Origin: a virus
Strand: one strand, 5' to 3'
Length of the DNA stretch: 64,000 nucleotides
IMG/VR virus record: IMGVR_UViG_3300027969_000042
Span: 96,001 to 160,000 of that record
This document shows, piece by piece, positions 36,621 to 45,928 of the stretch. Made by a program: the position numbers and the translations under genes. The notes under the pieces are model-generated. The model was not told where the DNA came from, did not search any database, and saw only the letters and a list, made by a program, of their open reading frames with translations. The stretch's first letter is position 1, and the number at the start of each line of letters is the position of its first letter.

Positions 36621-38072
36621 TTAGAAGCCTCCGAAGATGTCCATCACGACCGACAACCTTTTAGTTATTTCAGGTAAACCTAATGGTTCAATAATTGAAT
36701 TGATTGGAGAAAGTATAGCTTTCGCGAACTGTTCGTCATAATCTATCTCTGGAGCGAACTCATGAGGGTATGAACCTCTCATATAAGCAAACTGATCATT
36801 CACAGTTTTATCCTTACAAACATAATACTTAATCTTTGTACCCGATTTAATAAATTCATATTTCTGTTGTGCTGCTCTATCCAAATTTAATAAGTAATTA
36901 TGATAAGCAGCTGCTTTGACTGCGAAGTGAGCACCATTTACATATCTCAAAGGTAAAACCTTATCATCAATAATTTTAGCATCATAGTTAGAACAAGAAG
37001 ACTGCATTGCAATATCATCAATATCAGCTAGCTCAAACTCTTTTCTAAGATTTTTAACTAACTTCAATAATTCTTTTATGTTGAATGTATCTGGATTAGA
37101 AAATAAGTATCTTACAATATCTACAATCTTATCTCTTGCAAATAAAGGTGTAGATGATCTTACAAGTTCAACTCCTTTAGGGAATATGTAAGTCATAGGA
37201 TCAAAGTTGATACCATCTTCATGTACAATATGCTGAATATATTTCTTTTTAGCAATATTGATAATTGATTCAGAAATCTTTTCTAACTCAAAGTCTTCTT
37301 TATTCTCTACTCCAAATGAAGCAGCATAATCTTCTAAACATTGTTTGAAATATCCACCATACCTAAAATGGTCTAAGCCTTGAATTAGTTCTAATTCACT
37401 AGTCCAATTCCATTTTATTTCTGATGTAAATACACCATCATTTATCATACCATTAAGATTTCTATCTTTAATAAAATACCCATCAAATACTAATAGGTCA
37501 TACGCATTACAAATTGTATCTTTTAATTCACTAACTGAATGAACAACGGCAACGCAGTTTGGATTATTATGTCTTACTTTTTCTTTTGAAAGAACAATAA
37601 ACTTTTTATCAATCTTATCAACTTCACTTAAAACTAAATTCTCCCAATCACAATGATCAATTGCTGGTTTAAATGATACAAATAATGAGTCAGTATCAGC
37701 ATAAATACTAACATGTTCATTTTTATCAATTTGAGTAACATTTTTTATTCCTACTTTATCGTGTACTTCAAAATCAAGATGCCATTGGTTATACCAATAA
37801 TCTTCATTTACTCTATCCATTGTTTTTGTAAGATCACGACCTTGTGCCGTTATTGTGCCTGCTACGTGATTATTATATAATATGAAGTAGGCCGTTGCGA
37901 ATGCTCCGCTAATTTCCCCCACCACATAACGTAGTGGGGGCTAAGCATAGGAGCCATTAAGCACAAGCTTCAATGCTGTCTGCATTGCGTTATAGTATTC
38001 AACATCTTTTTTTAGTTGTACTGCTTGTATCTTTAATGACTCTATTTTTAATTTTTTTTCTTCTCTTGTCAT
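36621..38072 (-). CDS. gp43: Family-B DNA polymerase, C-terminal subunit (gp43B-like), interrupted by a 39-nt insert with in-frame TAG
   Basis: ATG at 38072 gives MTREEKKLKIESL...QTALKLVLNGSY, then the insert, then GAFATAYFILYNNHVAGTITAQGR (motif B). YADTDSLF (motif C), KKKY and VKGV-like FPKGVELVRSSTP follow. The ORF track caught only the part from GTG 37925. Confidence 0.9.
37908..37946 (-). other. 39-nt hairpin insertion in PolB motif B
   Basis: GCT TAG CCCCCACTAC GTTAT GTGGTGGGGG AAATTAGC sits between the Tyr (TAT) and Gly (GGA) codons. 10-bp GC-rich stem, 5-nt loop. Confidence 0.9.
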
Positions 38073-38136
38073 AAATATTATATGAATATATATATAAAAG
38101 TTTTAAAGGAACATATGGGGCTTTAATATATATGTT

Positions 38137-39000
38137 ATGATAAAGAATGACAAAATTAAAGTAAATATTTCATATAGGAATATTACACATTATATTAAAT
38201 TAGGATATAATCCTATTTTAAATAAAGAATTAGAAATCGAAACTAATCATTTATCAACATCATCACATGTTAAGATTGATGTTATATGTAAAATATGTGG
38301 AATCGAGAATAATATTATGTATTATAAATATATTGATAATGTTGAAAGACACGGTTTCTATGGTTGTAGAAAATGCTCCAGACAAAAAGCGGCAATGACA
38401 TCATTAGAGAAATATGGAGTTGATAATTATAGTAAAACAAATGAATGGAAGGATAGAGTTGAAAAAACAAATATTGATAAATTCGGTTATAAAACAAATT
38501 TATTATCACCTGATTATAAAGAAAGTATATCAAATATATTACTTGATAAATATGGTACAAAAAATTGGTGGGAGATAAGAAATACTAATAAAAAATCAAA
38601 GTTAGTTATAATTGATAATATTATTAAAAATGTAATAATATATTCCGAAGATTTATATGATAACGGATTTATAAATGATAATTACCTTCTGTATAGAAAT
38701 GAATGTAGAAGAATAACAAATTCTAATATTAAAAATCTAATGATTGAATGGAATGGTACTGATTACTATACTAAAGAGAATATATCGAATAATTTTACTC
38801 TACCACATAATGATCCTGGGTACCCAACAATAGATCATAAAGAATCGGTTTATTTTGGATTTACTAATAATATAAGTTCCGAAGATATAGGTTCACTAGA
38901 AAATTTATGTATTACAAAAAGAGGTATAAACTCAACAAAAAGAGATTTATGTGAATTGGAGTTTTTAGAAAAGTTTTTAAATAAAAAAGAAGAACATTAG
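38137..39000 (+). CDS. Free-standing HNH-type homing endonuclease
   Basis: CKICG and GCRKCS Zn motifs; C-terminal PTIDHK...NLCITKRGINSTK. Divergent from polB; TTTAATATATA at 38122-38132. Confidence 0.7.
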   Translation: MIKNDKIKVNISYRNITHYIKLGYNPILNKELEIETNHLSTSSHVKIDVICKICGIENNIMYYKYIDNVERHGFYGCRKCSRQKAAMTSLEKYGVDNYSKTNEWKDRVEKTNIDKFGYKTNLLSPDYKESISNILLDKYGTKNWWEIRNTNKKSKLVIIDNIIKNVIIYSEDLYDNGFINDNYLLYRNECRRITNSNIKNLMIEWNGTDYYTKENISNNFTLPHNDPGYPTIDHKESVYFGFTNNISSEDIGSLENLCITKRGINSTKRDLCELEFLEKFLNKKEEH

Positions 39001-39530
39001 TTCTTCTTTTTTGGTTTTAATATCATAAGCCATTTACTAGACTCAAGTTTTGGTATATTTTCGGCAGATCCAAACTCGTCCAACATTGTGGCAAATTTTA
39101 GCATTACTAGTTGTCCTCTATCTGGATTACCTTTTTGTCTTCCTTTTAATTGAATAACACATTTTACTTTATCATTATCCAAAAGGAACTCTTTACCCTT
39201 CTTAGCTTTAATCTCTAAATCGTGATCTGAAATCTCACAAGAAAGTTTTATTTCTTTTAATTCTGATTTAATTGCATTTTTCTTTTGTTCTTTTAACATT
39301 TTCTCGATGTTATAAAGGAACTTACCATAATCTTCAATTTTGGCAATAGGTGGATCTTGATTCTCATTTATTAAAATAAGATCTTTTCCTTCTTCATCTG
39401 CAAGACGAAGTGCGTCTTTAGTTCTGATTATTTCTGGTGCTGCACCGGTAACGATTAGTCTAACTTCAAATGACTTAATGTCGTCATTTATTTTATGTTT
39501 TCTTTTATTATTTGGTTGTTTTTTATTCAA
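38997..39530 (-). CDS. infC: Translation initiation factor IF-3
   Basis: INDDI..EVRLI, DALRLADEEGKDLILI, PPIAKIEDYGKFLY, KEIKL..I..HD..K, DKVKC.I..KGR. Starts at TTG; an in-frame TAA lies 5 codons upstream. Confidence 0.92.
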   Translation of the reverse strand: MNKKQPNNKRKHKINDDIKSFEVRLIVTGAAPEIIRTKDALRLADEEGKDLILINENQDPPIAKIEDYGKFLYNIEKMLKEQKKNAIKSELKEIKLSCEISDHDLEIKAKKGKEFLLDNDKVKCVIQLKGRQKGNPDRGQLVMLKFATMLDEFGSAENIPKLESSKWLMILKPKKKN

Positions 39531-39732
39531 TGTTGAATAGCTTTATTATTTTTATTTGTCTGTTTATATATTTGTTTTTAAAATCGTAAGAATTCTTTTT
39601 CCAGATTTCCCACCATTTGTTTTTTGATTTCAGTGATTCTAGTGGTATTTTGATTACTAATCTTTGATCGTTACCAATTATATTCCAATCCCAAGTCATT
39701 TTATTACTCATCGTCGTCCAGCATCTGTTCAA
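39523..39732 (-). CDS. Small hypothetical protein
   Basis: Overlaps both neighbours; C-terminal RQIKIIKLF. Confidence 0.55.
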   Translation of the reverse strand: MNRCWTTMSNKMTWDWNIIGNDQRLVIKIPLESLKSKNKWWEIWKKNSYDFKNKYINRQIKIIKLFNIE

Positions 39733-40486
39733 AGCTCAACATTAAATTTGAGTTATTGTCTTTTATAAGCATGAAATTTTCAAAAATAAGGAACTCTATA
39801 TTTTCCATCTTATCATTTATACAACTTAAAAATCTTTTATTTAGTATCAAAGTTGCGTTTCTATCATCGTTTAAATTATCTACTTCTAATTCCCAAGAAG
39901 ATTTCTCTGATAAAGTAACAACTCCTTTAACAACGTCCATATTTATGATTCTCTCACCATTTATACCAGATAACTTTTTAATGTCTAAGAAATCACTATT
40001 AGGAATATTAAAAGTCCATTTTTTATTTCTAACATCTAATCTAGTTGCCAGTGCTACTTTACCAATATCTCTTATTGTCCCACCTTCACCACCTAACCAG
40101 TTTACTTTAAATTTACCAGAAGATATTTGAAGACCTCTTGCAATATATAATGAATCATCATCTGGTGATTCTTTATAAGAAACATCAAATCCTATTTTAT
40201 CCATATCTTTTATGAATGCCAAGTTTTTAACGAACTTTTTAGCAGAAGGTATGATAATATCTAATGAAAAATCTTCCATATCATTATCAAAGTACTCTTT
40301 TGTAGGTAAAAGAAAGTTTTTGAATGCCAAAATAACATTACCACCACCTAACATTGCATACATTAAAATATTTTCATTATCTATCTTTAATTTAACGGTG
40401 TCATCAATGGATGCTACGGTATTTAACTTCTCGATGAAGTCACTAAACATACTTGGTACTACTTTTAACTTTACTTTTCCTGCCAT
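39704..40486 (-). CDS. Probable DNA sliding clamp (gp45/PCNA-like)
   Basis: 260 aa with a two-repeat alpha/beta pattern (FSDFIEKLNTVASIDDTVKLKID; FLDIKKLSGI..INMDV), located among replication genes. Confidence 0.55.
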   Translation of the reverse strand: MAGKVKLKVVPSMFSDFIEKLNTVASIDDTVKLKIDNENILMYAMLGGGNVILAFKNFLLPTKEYFDNDMEDFSLDIIIPSAKKFVKNLAFIKDMDKIGFDVSYKESPDDDSLYIARGLQISSGKFKVNWLGGEGGTIRDIGKVALATRLDVRNKKWTFNIPNSDFLDIKKLSGINGERIINMDVVKGVVTLSEKSSWELEVDNLNDDRNATLILNKRFLSCINDKMENIEFLIFENFMLIKDNNSNLMLSFEQMLDDDE

Positions 40487-40556
40487 ATTTAATTTAATTA
40501 TTAGAGATTATATGAAAAAGTTGATTTTTTGTTTAATAGTTTTTAATATATAATTT

Positions 40557-41528
40557 ATGATTAAAAACTGGAACCAATTTATCAACGAGAATGTCACTAA
40601 CCCAGATAGTTATTTAGACATGAGAATGCAAGAAATCAAAGATTTACTTGACAACACTGAAAATAGTGATACACTTATATATGAGTGGGAGAATAAAGAT
40701 GACCATGAGTTGTTTATAAATTTCTCAGCAAATGGTATGAATGTTAGATATGAATTTGACATTGATGATATGAAAGTTACTAAAATTGCAAATGATGTAC
40801 TTGACTACGAAGAACAAGTTGAATCAATGGAAGCAGGAGTTGAAATGATTGAAAAAGATATTCACTCTATATTAGGTATATCTGAAAGTAAAGTAAATGA
40901 AGCAATCGTTGATTATAAAAATGAGGCAGTAGATGGTTTAATGGGAGAAATCAATACATATCCGAGACATCATAGATTTCAAATACCAGAATTGACTGCA
41001 CTCGGAGCAGAGTATGATATAGAAATTGTAGATTATAATACTTTTTTAAATGATTTACCCGAAAGAGATAAAGCAACTGCACCTCCAAGATCGGCTCAGT
41101 TTTTTGCTTTAGTAAATCCGGTTACTAAAAGACCTAGAATTGTTTTAAATTTACCAATGCCTTTTATACCAAAAGACTTCTTTGATCAAGTTCCACTTGG
41201 TGACATACTTAAACATGAACAAATTCACGTAGGGCAACATTCTAGAAGACCTAATATAGATATGGCATTACCAGAACCAAAAGATCAGAAAAAATATTTC
41301 TCTAATAAAGATGAAGTTATGGCGTTTGCCTTCTCAGTTGCTAAGGAAATAGTTACTATGTTTCCAACAATCACAACTCCTAAAGAGGGAATAGATAAAC
41401 TTACTCAAAACCCAGGTAGATTTAGACTATATGGTGATATTAAAAGAAATGTTGATCCATTTATCTTAAAAAGATACCACAAATATATATACTTATATTT
41501 AGAAGACTTATTGAAAACAGAAGAATAA
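40557..41528 (+). CDS. Protein with capsid-targeting-like N-terminus and HExxH metallopeptidase-like motif
   Basis: Starts MIKNWNQFINEN; ILKHEQIHVGQH with downstream DEVMAFA. Confidence 0.65.
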   Translation: MIKNWNQFINENVTNPDSYLDMRMQEIKDLLDNTENSDTLIYEWENKDDHELFINFSANGMNVRYEFDIDDMKVTKIANDVLDYEEQVESMEAGVEMIEKDIHSILGISESKVNEAIVDYKNEAVDGLMGEINTYPRHHRFQIPELTALGAEYDIEIVDYNTFLNDLPERDKATAPPRSAQFFALVNPVTKRPRIVLNLPMPFIPKDFFDQVPLGDILKHEQIHVGQHSRRPNIDMALPEPKDQKKYFSNKDEVMAFAFSVAKEIVTMFPTITTPKEGIDKLTQNPGRFRLYGDIKRNVDPFILKRYHKYIYLYLEDLLKTEE

Positions 41529-41794
41529 TGAAACACTTAAAATTATTTGAAGAATTCAATTTTGATATTGAACCATTTGATGTTCATGGTAGTGAACTTG
41601 AAGTTTTTATTGATGACCAAGAATTCTCATTTAAAGTAATAAATGGAGAAGTTAGTTTCTCAAGTGAAGATGACTTTGAAAGAGCATTTGAAATTGGTAT
41701 TGAATTAGATGATGAGTTAAGATCTTATATACTTGATGAGTATAATAAAATGTTAAGTAAAACTAGAATGAAAAGATTTGGTTTCTTTAAATAA
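41528..41794 (+). CDS. Small hypothetical protein with capsid-targeting-like N-terminus
   Basis: Starts MKHLKLFEEF. Confidence 0.75.
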   Translation: MKHLKLFEEFNFDIEPFDVHGSELEVFIDDQEFSFKVINGEVSFSSEDDFERAFEIGIELDDELRSYILDEYNKMLSKTRMKRFGFFK

Positions 41795-42121
41795 TTAAAG
41801 CATTTCATTTACATTCTCTCTTATAAACTTTTCTATTTCCTTTAATTTCTTTCTTGATGTTTTTACATCAAGTTGTATTCTCCAATTACCTACTTTATTT
41901 TCATCATCTTCAGTAATTTCTCTTACATCTAATTTTAATTCAAGTAACTCTTCAAATAACTCAGGTTTTGAAAGTAAATCTTCTTTAGTAAATGTTCTAC
42001 TTATTTTAGGAAATACATAATCACCATTTTCATTAGGTTCAGTAATATCTCCTTTTTGTAGAATTATTTCTTCACCAAATCCGGTATTTAATATAAAGTC
42101 GTTTATTAGTCTAAATTTCAT
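41795..42121 (-). CDS. Hypothetical protein
   Basis: 108-aa ORF convergent with the upstream pair. Confidence 0.7.
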   Translation of the reverse strand: MKFRLINDFILNTGFGEEIILQKGDITEPNENGDYVFPKISRTFTKEDLLSKPELFEELLELKLDVREITEDDENKVGNWRIQLDVKTSRKKLKEIEKFIRENVNEML

Positions 42122-42203
42122 AATGATTATATCAAAGTTGATAACTTTGTTTAAACTAATTTACATTTTCATGTATAACATAAGAACATTAAAAATATCT
42201 AAA

Positions 42204-43274
42204 ATGAAATTAAACAAAAAGTTTTTAAAAGAGTACTTGAATAGTACTTCTCCAACAGGTTTTGAGTATGAATTAGGTGGACAAAAAGTTTGGATGGACA
42301 ATATTGAAAAATATGTCGATTCTGTTGAACTTGATAATTATGGTACTGCCTATGGTGTTACCGGTAATTTAGAGTCTGACTTTAAAGTTGTTATCGAAGC
42401 ACACTCTGATGAAATCAGTTGGTTTGTAAACTACATTGACTCAAAAGGATATATTAGAGTTATCAGAAATGGTGGCTCTGACGTACAAATTGCTCCTTCT
42501 ATGAGAGTAAATCTATGGGGTGAAAAGGGTGCCGTTACAGGTGTCTTTGGACATCCAGCGATACATATCTCTGATAGAAAGAAAGAGGTTGATTTAAACT
42601 CAATTTTTATCGATATTGGTGCTTCTTCAAAAGAAGATGTTGCTAAAATGGGTATTAAAGTTGGTACAGTAGTTACTTTTAAAGATGAGTTGATGAAACT
42701 TGGTAATGATTACTACTCTGGTAGAGCACTTGACAATAGAATTGGTGGTTTTATGATTGCCGAGGTTGCAAGAAAATTGAAAGAGAAAGGTAAAAAACTA
42801 CCATTTAAACTTTACATTGTTAATTCAGTTCAAGAAGAAATTGGATTACGTGGTGCTGAAATGATTGCACACACAATTAAGCCAAATGTTGCTATTATAA
42901 CTGATGTTTGTCATGAGACATCGTCACCTTGTTATACTGCAAGTAAACAAGGCGATCATATTGCTGGTGATGGAGGTGTTATTACAAGAGGTCCTGCAGT
43001 TCATAATAAATTGAGAAAATTGATTTTGGATACCGCAACGGCTAAAAAAATCCCTCACCAGTTAGCAGCTTCTTCGAGATCAACTGGAACAGATACCGAT
43101 GCATTTGCTTATGCGAATGGTGGTACTCCTTCTGCACTTATTTCTTTAGCACTCAAGTACATGCACACAACTTGTGAAACTGTTCATAAGGAAGATATTA
43201 AAAATGTTATAGAGTTGATTTACGAAACTCTTCTAAATATTGAAGAAAATCATGACTTTAAATACAACTCTTAA
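42204..43274 (+). CDS. M42-family aminopeptidase
   Basis: EAHSDEI, RALDNRIG, SVQEEIG, TDVCHE and KYMHTTCE. Likely start MKLNKK at 42204; TAACTTTG at 42142-42149. Confidence 0.92.
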   Translation: MKLNKKFLKEYLNSTSPTGFEYELGGQKVWMDNIEKYVDSVELDNYGTAYGVTGNLESDFKVVIEAHSDEISWFVNYIDSKGYIRVIRNGGSDVQIAPSMRVNLWGEKGAVTGVFGHPAIHISDRKKEVDLNSIFIDIGASSKEDVAKMGIKVGTVVTFKDELMKLGNDYYSGRALDNRIGGFMIAEVARKLKEKGKKLPFKLYIVNSVQEEIGLRGAEMIAHTIKPNVAIITDVCHETSSPCYTASKQGDHIAGDGGVITRGPAVHNKLRKLILDTATAKKIPHQLAASSRSTGTDTDAFAYANGGTPSALISLALKYMHTTCETVHKEDIKNVIELIYETLLNIEENHDFKYNS

Positions 43275-43278
43275 AAAC

Positions 43279-43307
43279 AACCCATCTTTTAAAAAGATGG
43301 GTTTTTT
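43279..43307 (+). terminator. Intrinsic terminator
   Basis: AACCCATCTTTT/AAAAAGATGGGTTTTTT. Confidence 0.85.
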
Positions 43308-43323
43308 ATTTAATATATAGTTT

Positions 43324-43773
43324 ATGAAATATATTAAACATTATGAAGGTTTTATACCAAAAGGTGGGTTATATGGTGCAGAGAAGGGTACGAAAGTACC
43401 ATTATCACAATATGGTGGTATGTTATATAACTCTGAACAAGAAGCTAAAAAAAGAGTTGCTGTTGCAGACTTAAAAATTGGTGATAAAATTAAATTTATA
43501 AAATCTACATCATTATTTAGAAGATTGATGCCATCATTTACTCACAAAGTGGCTGGACACGGTGAAGAATATTTCTTAAAAAATGAAGTTTATGAATTTG
43601 TTAATTATTGGAGTGATTTTGCAAGAGATTCTGGTTGGGATTATGATGAAACTATAGCAATGGAATTTGAATGTTTAGAGTCTGCTAAATCAAATAGGAT
43701 AGGAACTACATTTGTTTTTTCACTAAGACATTTTCACGAATACAAAGACGAAGGTAAATTTATAATAATATAA
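43324..43773 (+). CDS. Hypothetical protein with capsid-targeting-like N-terminus
   Basis: Starts MKYIKHYEGF; TTTAATATATA at 43309-43319. Confidence 0.75.
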   Translation: MKYIKHYEGFIPKGGLYGAEKGTKVPLSQYGGMLYNSEQEAKKRVAVADLKIGDKIKFIKSTSLFRRLMPSFTHKVAGHGEEYFLKNEVYEFVNYWSDFARDSGWDYDETIAMEFECLESAKSNRIGTTFVFSLRHFHEYKDEGKFIII

Positions 43774-44837
43774 TGATTAGCAAGTATAACCAATTTTTAA
43801 TAAATGAATCTAAACTTATACTAGAAGCATTTTTAAGTGCAGATACAAGTTTCTTATCTAAATTAGATAAAATTTCAAGACAGTCAAATTTTTCATCTAC
43901 AATTGCACATATGCTTTTATCTAGAATTAATGATAAAGACTGGGTTTCTGAGATAGATTTAAAACAAGATTTCTTTAAAACAACTGATGATAAAGATAAA
44001 GTATCTTTTATTCAAACAAACAGAGTAAAAGATGATGTAGATCCATATACAATGGCTGGTAGAAGTGATCTTAAAGTTGGTAGAGCAATAAAATACATAG
44101 CAAAAGATTTATATGATATTAAGATTACTGATAAACAAATAGAAGATTTTGTAAATGTTTATAAATCAATTGCAGATGAAGGAGAAGCAGATTTTCAATT
44201 TTATGTTGGAGAAGAAATAAAATCAGGTTATGCTGAAGAGAATTACTTTGATAGAAACTTAGGAACTCTGGGTAGCTCTTGTATGACTGGACACCCATCA
44301 TTTCTTAAAATATACGCTAAAAATGAAAAGAAAGTTAGATTACTAGTTCTTCTCGAAGATGGTAAAATATGTGGTAGAGCATTAGTTTGGAAATTAGATA
44401 AATCTCCTTGTGATGCAGAATATTTTATGGATAGGGTTTATACAAACCGTGATTATGAAGTAAATAAATTTACACAATATGCTGAGAAAAATGGATGGTT
44501 ATACAAACAAAGTATGACTTGTGGTGATTCTGCAGCAGTAAAGTTTAAATATAATGGAAAAGAATTATTAGGAGAAATATCTGTTAAGATAGATGGTAAA
44601 CATTCCAAATATCCTTATATGGATACTTTATTTTGTTTAAATAAAGATAAAGATGAACTTTCTAATGTTCCTTCTTGGAAATGTTATAGATTATGGGACA
44701 CCGATGGTGATCGCGAAAGATGTGATGACTGTGAAGGTAAATCAAAGAATAAGAATCTATGTTATGGTTGTTCAGAAGGTGTAATGGTTTTAAAACAATC
44801 AGGTATTGAAATAGACGTTGAGAAGGGAAGAGGTTAA
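43773..44837 (+). CDS. Conserved phage protein (SCM...GRALVW...DRVY family)
   Basis: Starts MISKYNQFLINES; LGSSCM, GRALVW, MDRVY and YPYMDT. Paralog of 56996-58135. Confidence 0.75.
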   Translation: MISKYNQFLINESKLILEAFLSADTSFLSKLDKISRQSNFSSTIAHMLLSRINDKDWVSEIDLKQDFFKTTDDKDKVSFIQTNRVKDDVDPYTMAGRSDLKVGRAIKYIAKDLYDIKITDKQIEDFVNVYKSIADEGEADFQFYVGEEIKSGYAEENYFDRNLGTLGSSCMTGHPSFLKIYAKNEKKVRLLVLLEDGKICGRALVWKLDKSPCDAEYFMDRVYTNRDYEVNKFTQYAEKNGWLYKQSMTCGDSAAVKFKYNGKELLGEISVKIDGKHSKYPYMDTLFCLNKDKDELSNVPSWKCYRLWDTDGDRERCDDCEGKSKNKNLCYGCSEGVMVLKQSGIEIDVEKGRG

Positions 44838-44919
44838 ATTATAAATATTCTTATTATTATTTCCATTCTCTTATATCGTCTTAATACAGTAGCCATTAAA
44901 AATGGATTTACACTAGTCA

Positions 44920-45414
44920 TTATTTACCTAAGTAATTCATCAACTCAATCATATTCTTAACTGCAAATCCTAATGATTCAAGATTTTTAACAGTATCTCT
45001 CATATAAGAAATATAAGCTTCTATAATTTCCATTGCTCTATCATTTTCTGCTAAATGCCCATCAATTAAAATACCCTTTTCTCCCATATTTGTTTTGATA
45101 CCAAATCCAGTTGCATAAAAAACAAACTTATCTTGTTTAAGTTTTTTAATTTTAGTCATTTCTCTACTTCGTTTATTTAAAAAGAAGTTTATTTGCTCAT
45201 TTAACATTTGTCTATATGAAAGTGCAATAGCTTGAGTATCTAATATTACTTTAGAATTTGCAGGATTTACTAAATCTAATGATAATGATTTAAAAAGTGG
45301 ATCAACATTTTTACTCCACTCTGATCTTTTATCATTGAAGTACTCTTCTAACTTATCGTTAGTTTCTTTAGCTTTAGTAATTCTATCTATTTCTTCTTGA
45401 CTAAATAAATTCAT
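44920..45414 (-). CDS. UvsY-like recombination mediator
   Basis: Helical 164 aa; C-terminus VKNLESLGFAVKNMIELMNYLGK resembles the T4 UvsY C-terminal xxxRGFAIKH pattern. Confidence 0.55.
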   Translation of the reverse strand: MNLFSQEEIDRITKAKETNDKLEEYFNDKRSEWSKNVDPLFKSLSLDLVNPANSKVILDTQAIALSYRQMLNEQINFFLNKRSREMTKIKKLKQDKFVFYATGFGIKTNMGEKGILIDGHLAENDRAMEIIEAYISYMRDTVKNLESLGFAVKNMIELMNYLGK

Positions 45415-45415
45415 A

Positions 45416-45817
45416 TTAAATATCCATTTTTTTTAATTTATAACCTCTTAACAAACCTTTTTGATTAGTATTTGTGAATGTATTATTTATTAAATCTCCA
45501 ACCGTCTTTTCGAGATTATCTTGAATATATTCCTCAAAAATATTTGTCCATTTTTCCACTAATTCAGTATCTTCAACTACGATAGTATCCATATTAGAAA
45601 AAATATCAATACATTTATTTCGATTATCTATTACAATTGTAAAGTCTGATATATAAAGTCCATTTTTTGAGAAACTAATTTCTGTCTCTTCTTCTTGTTC
45701 AACTTTGATATTTAAGTAGTAATGTCTGTAGCCATATTTCATCTTTTTTAATAAAGAAATATCTTCACTCTCGATATTATTGAAAAGATGTGTTAAAAAG
45801 CTGTCTAATTCGTTCAT
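45416..45817 (-). CDS. Hypothetical protein
   Basis: 133-aa ORF co-oriented with the UvsY-like gene. Confidence 0.7.
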   Translation of the reverse strand: MNELDSFLTHLFNNIESEDISLLKKMKYGYRHYYLNIKVEQEEETEISFSKNGLYISDFTIVIDNRNKCIDIFSNMDTIVVEDTELVEKWTNIFEEYIQDNLEKTVGDLINNTFTNTNQKGLLRGYKLKKMDI

Positions 45818-45897
45818 TCATAGGCCATTATTTTTTAATTCCTAATTAAGGAGTTAAACTTCAACTTATATGAAATACTAACATGTTAGTTTAAAAG

Positions 45898-45926
45898 AAA
45901 AAGCCTCATTTTTAGTGAGGCTTTTT
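45898..45926 (-). terminator. Intrinsic terminator
   Basis: AAAAAGCCTCA-TTTTTAG-TGAGGCTTTTT. Confidence 0.8.
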
Positions 45927-45928
45927 AA

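Noticed and set aside
37941-37943. Genome-wide TAG reassignment (code 15, Lak/crAss-like) as the explanation for the polB stop
   Set aside because: Long ORFs are intact under the standard code and TAG ends genes at 2769 and 21876. Read-through would also leave a 13-aa insertion inside motif B. A suppressor tRNA elsewhere in the genome cannot be excluded.
37916-37943. SECIS/PYLIS-type recoding element
   Set aside because: The codon is UAG, not UGA, there is no Sel/Pyl machinery in the window, and the position is not a plausible Sec/Pyl site.
37900-37955. Canonical group I intron or bulge-helix-bulge intron
   Set aside because: Far too short for a group I core. A U.G-type P1 (CUCCUAU/GUGGGGG) can be drawn, but frame-restoring excision after U ends in C, not omega-G. 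Neither frame-restoring cut pair forms a 4-bp central helix with 3-nt bulges.
42123-42203. Upstream-extended starts given by the ORF track (also 7652, 28686, 47963, 62896, 2729)
   Set aside because: The extensions are low-complexity intergenic sequence or overlap neighbours. Family N-termini, signal peptides and promoter motifs fit the downstream ATGs.
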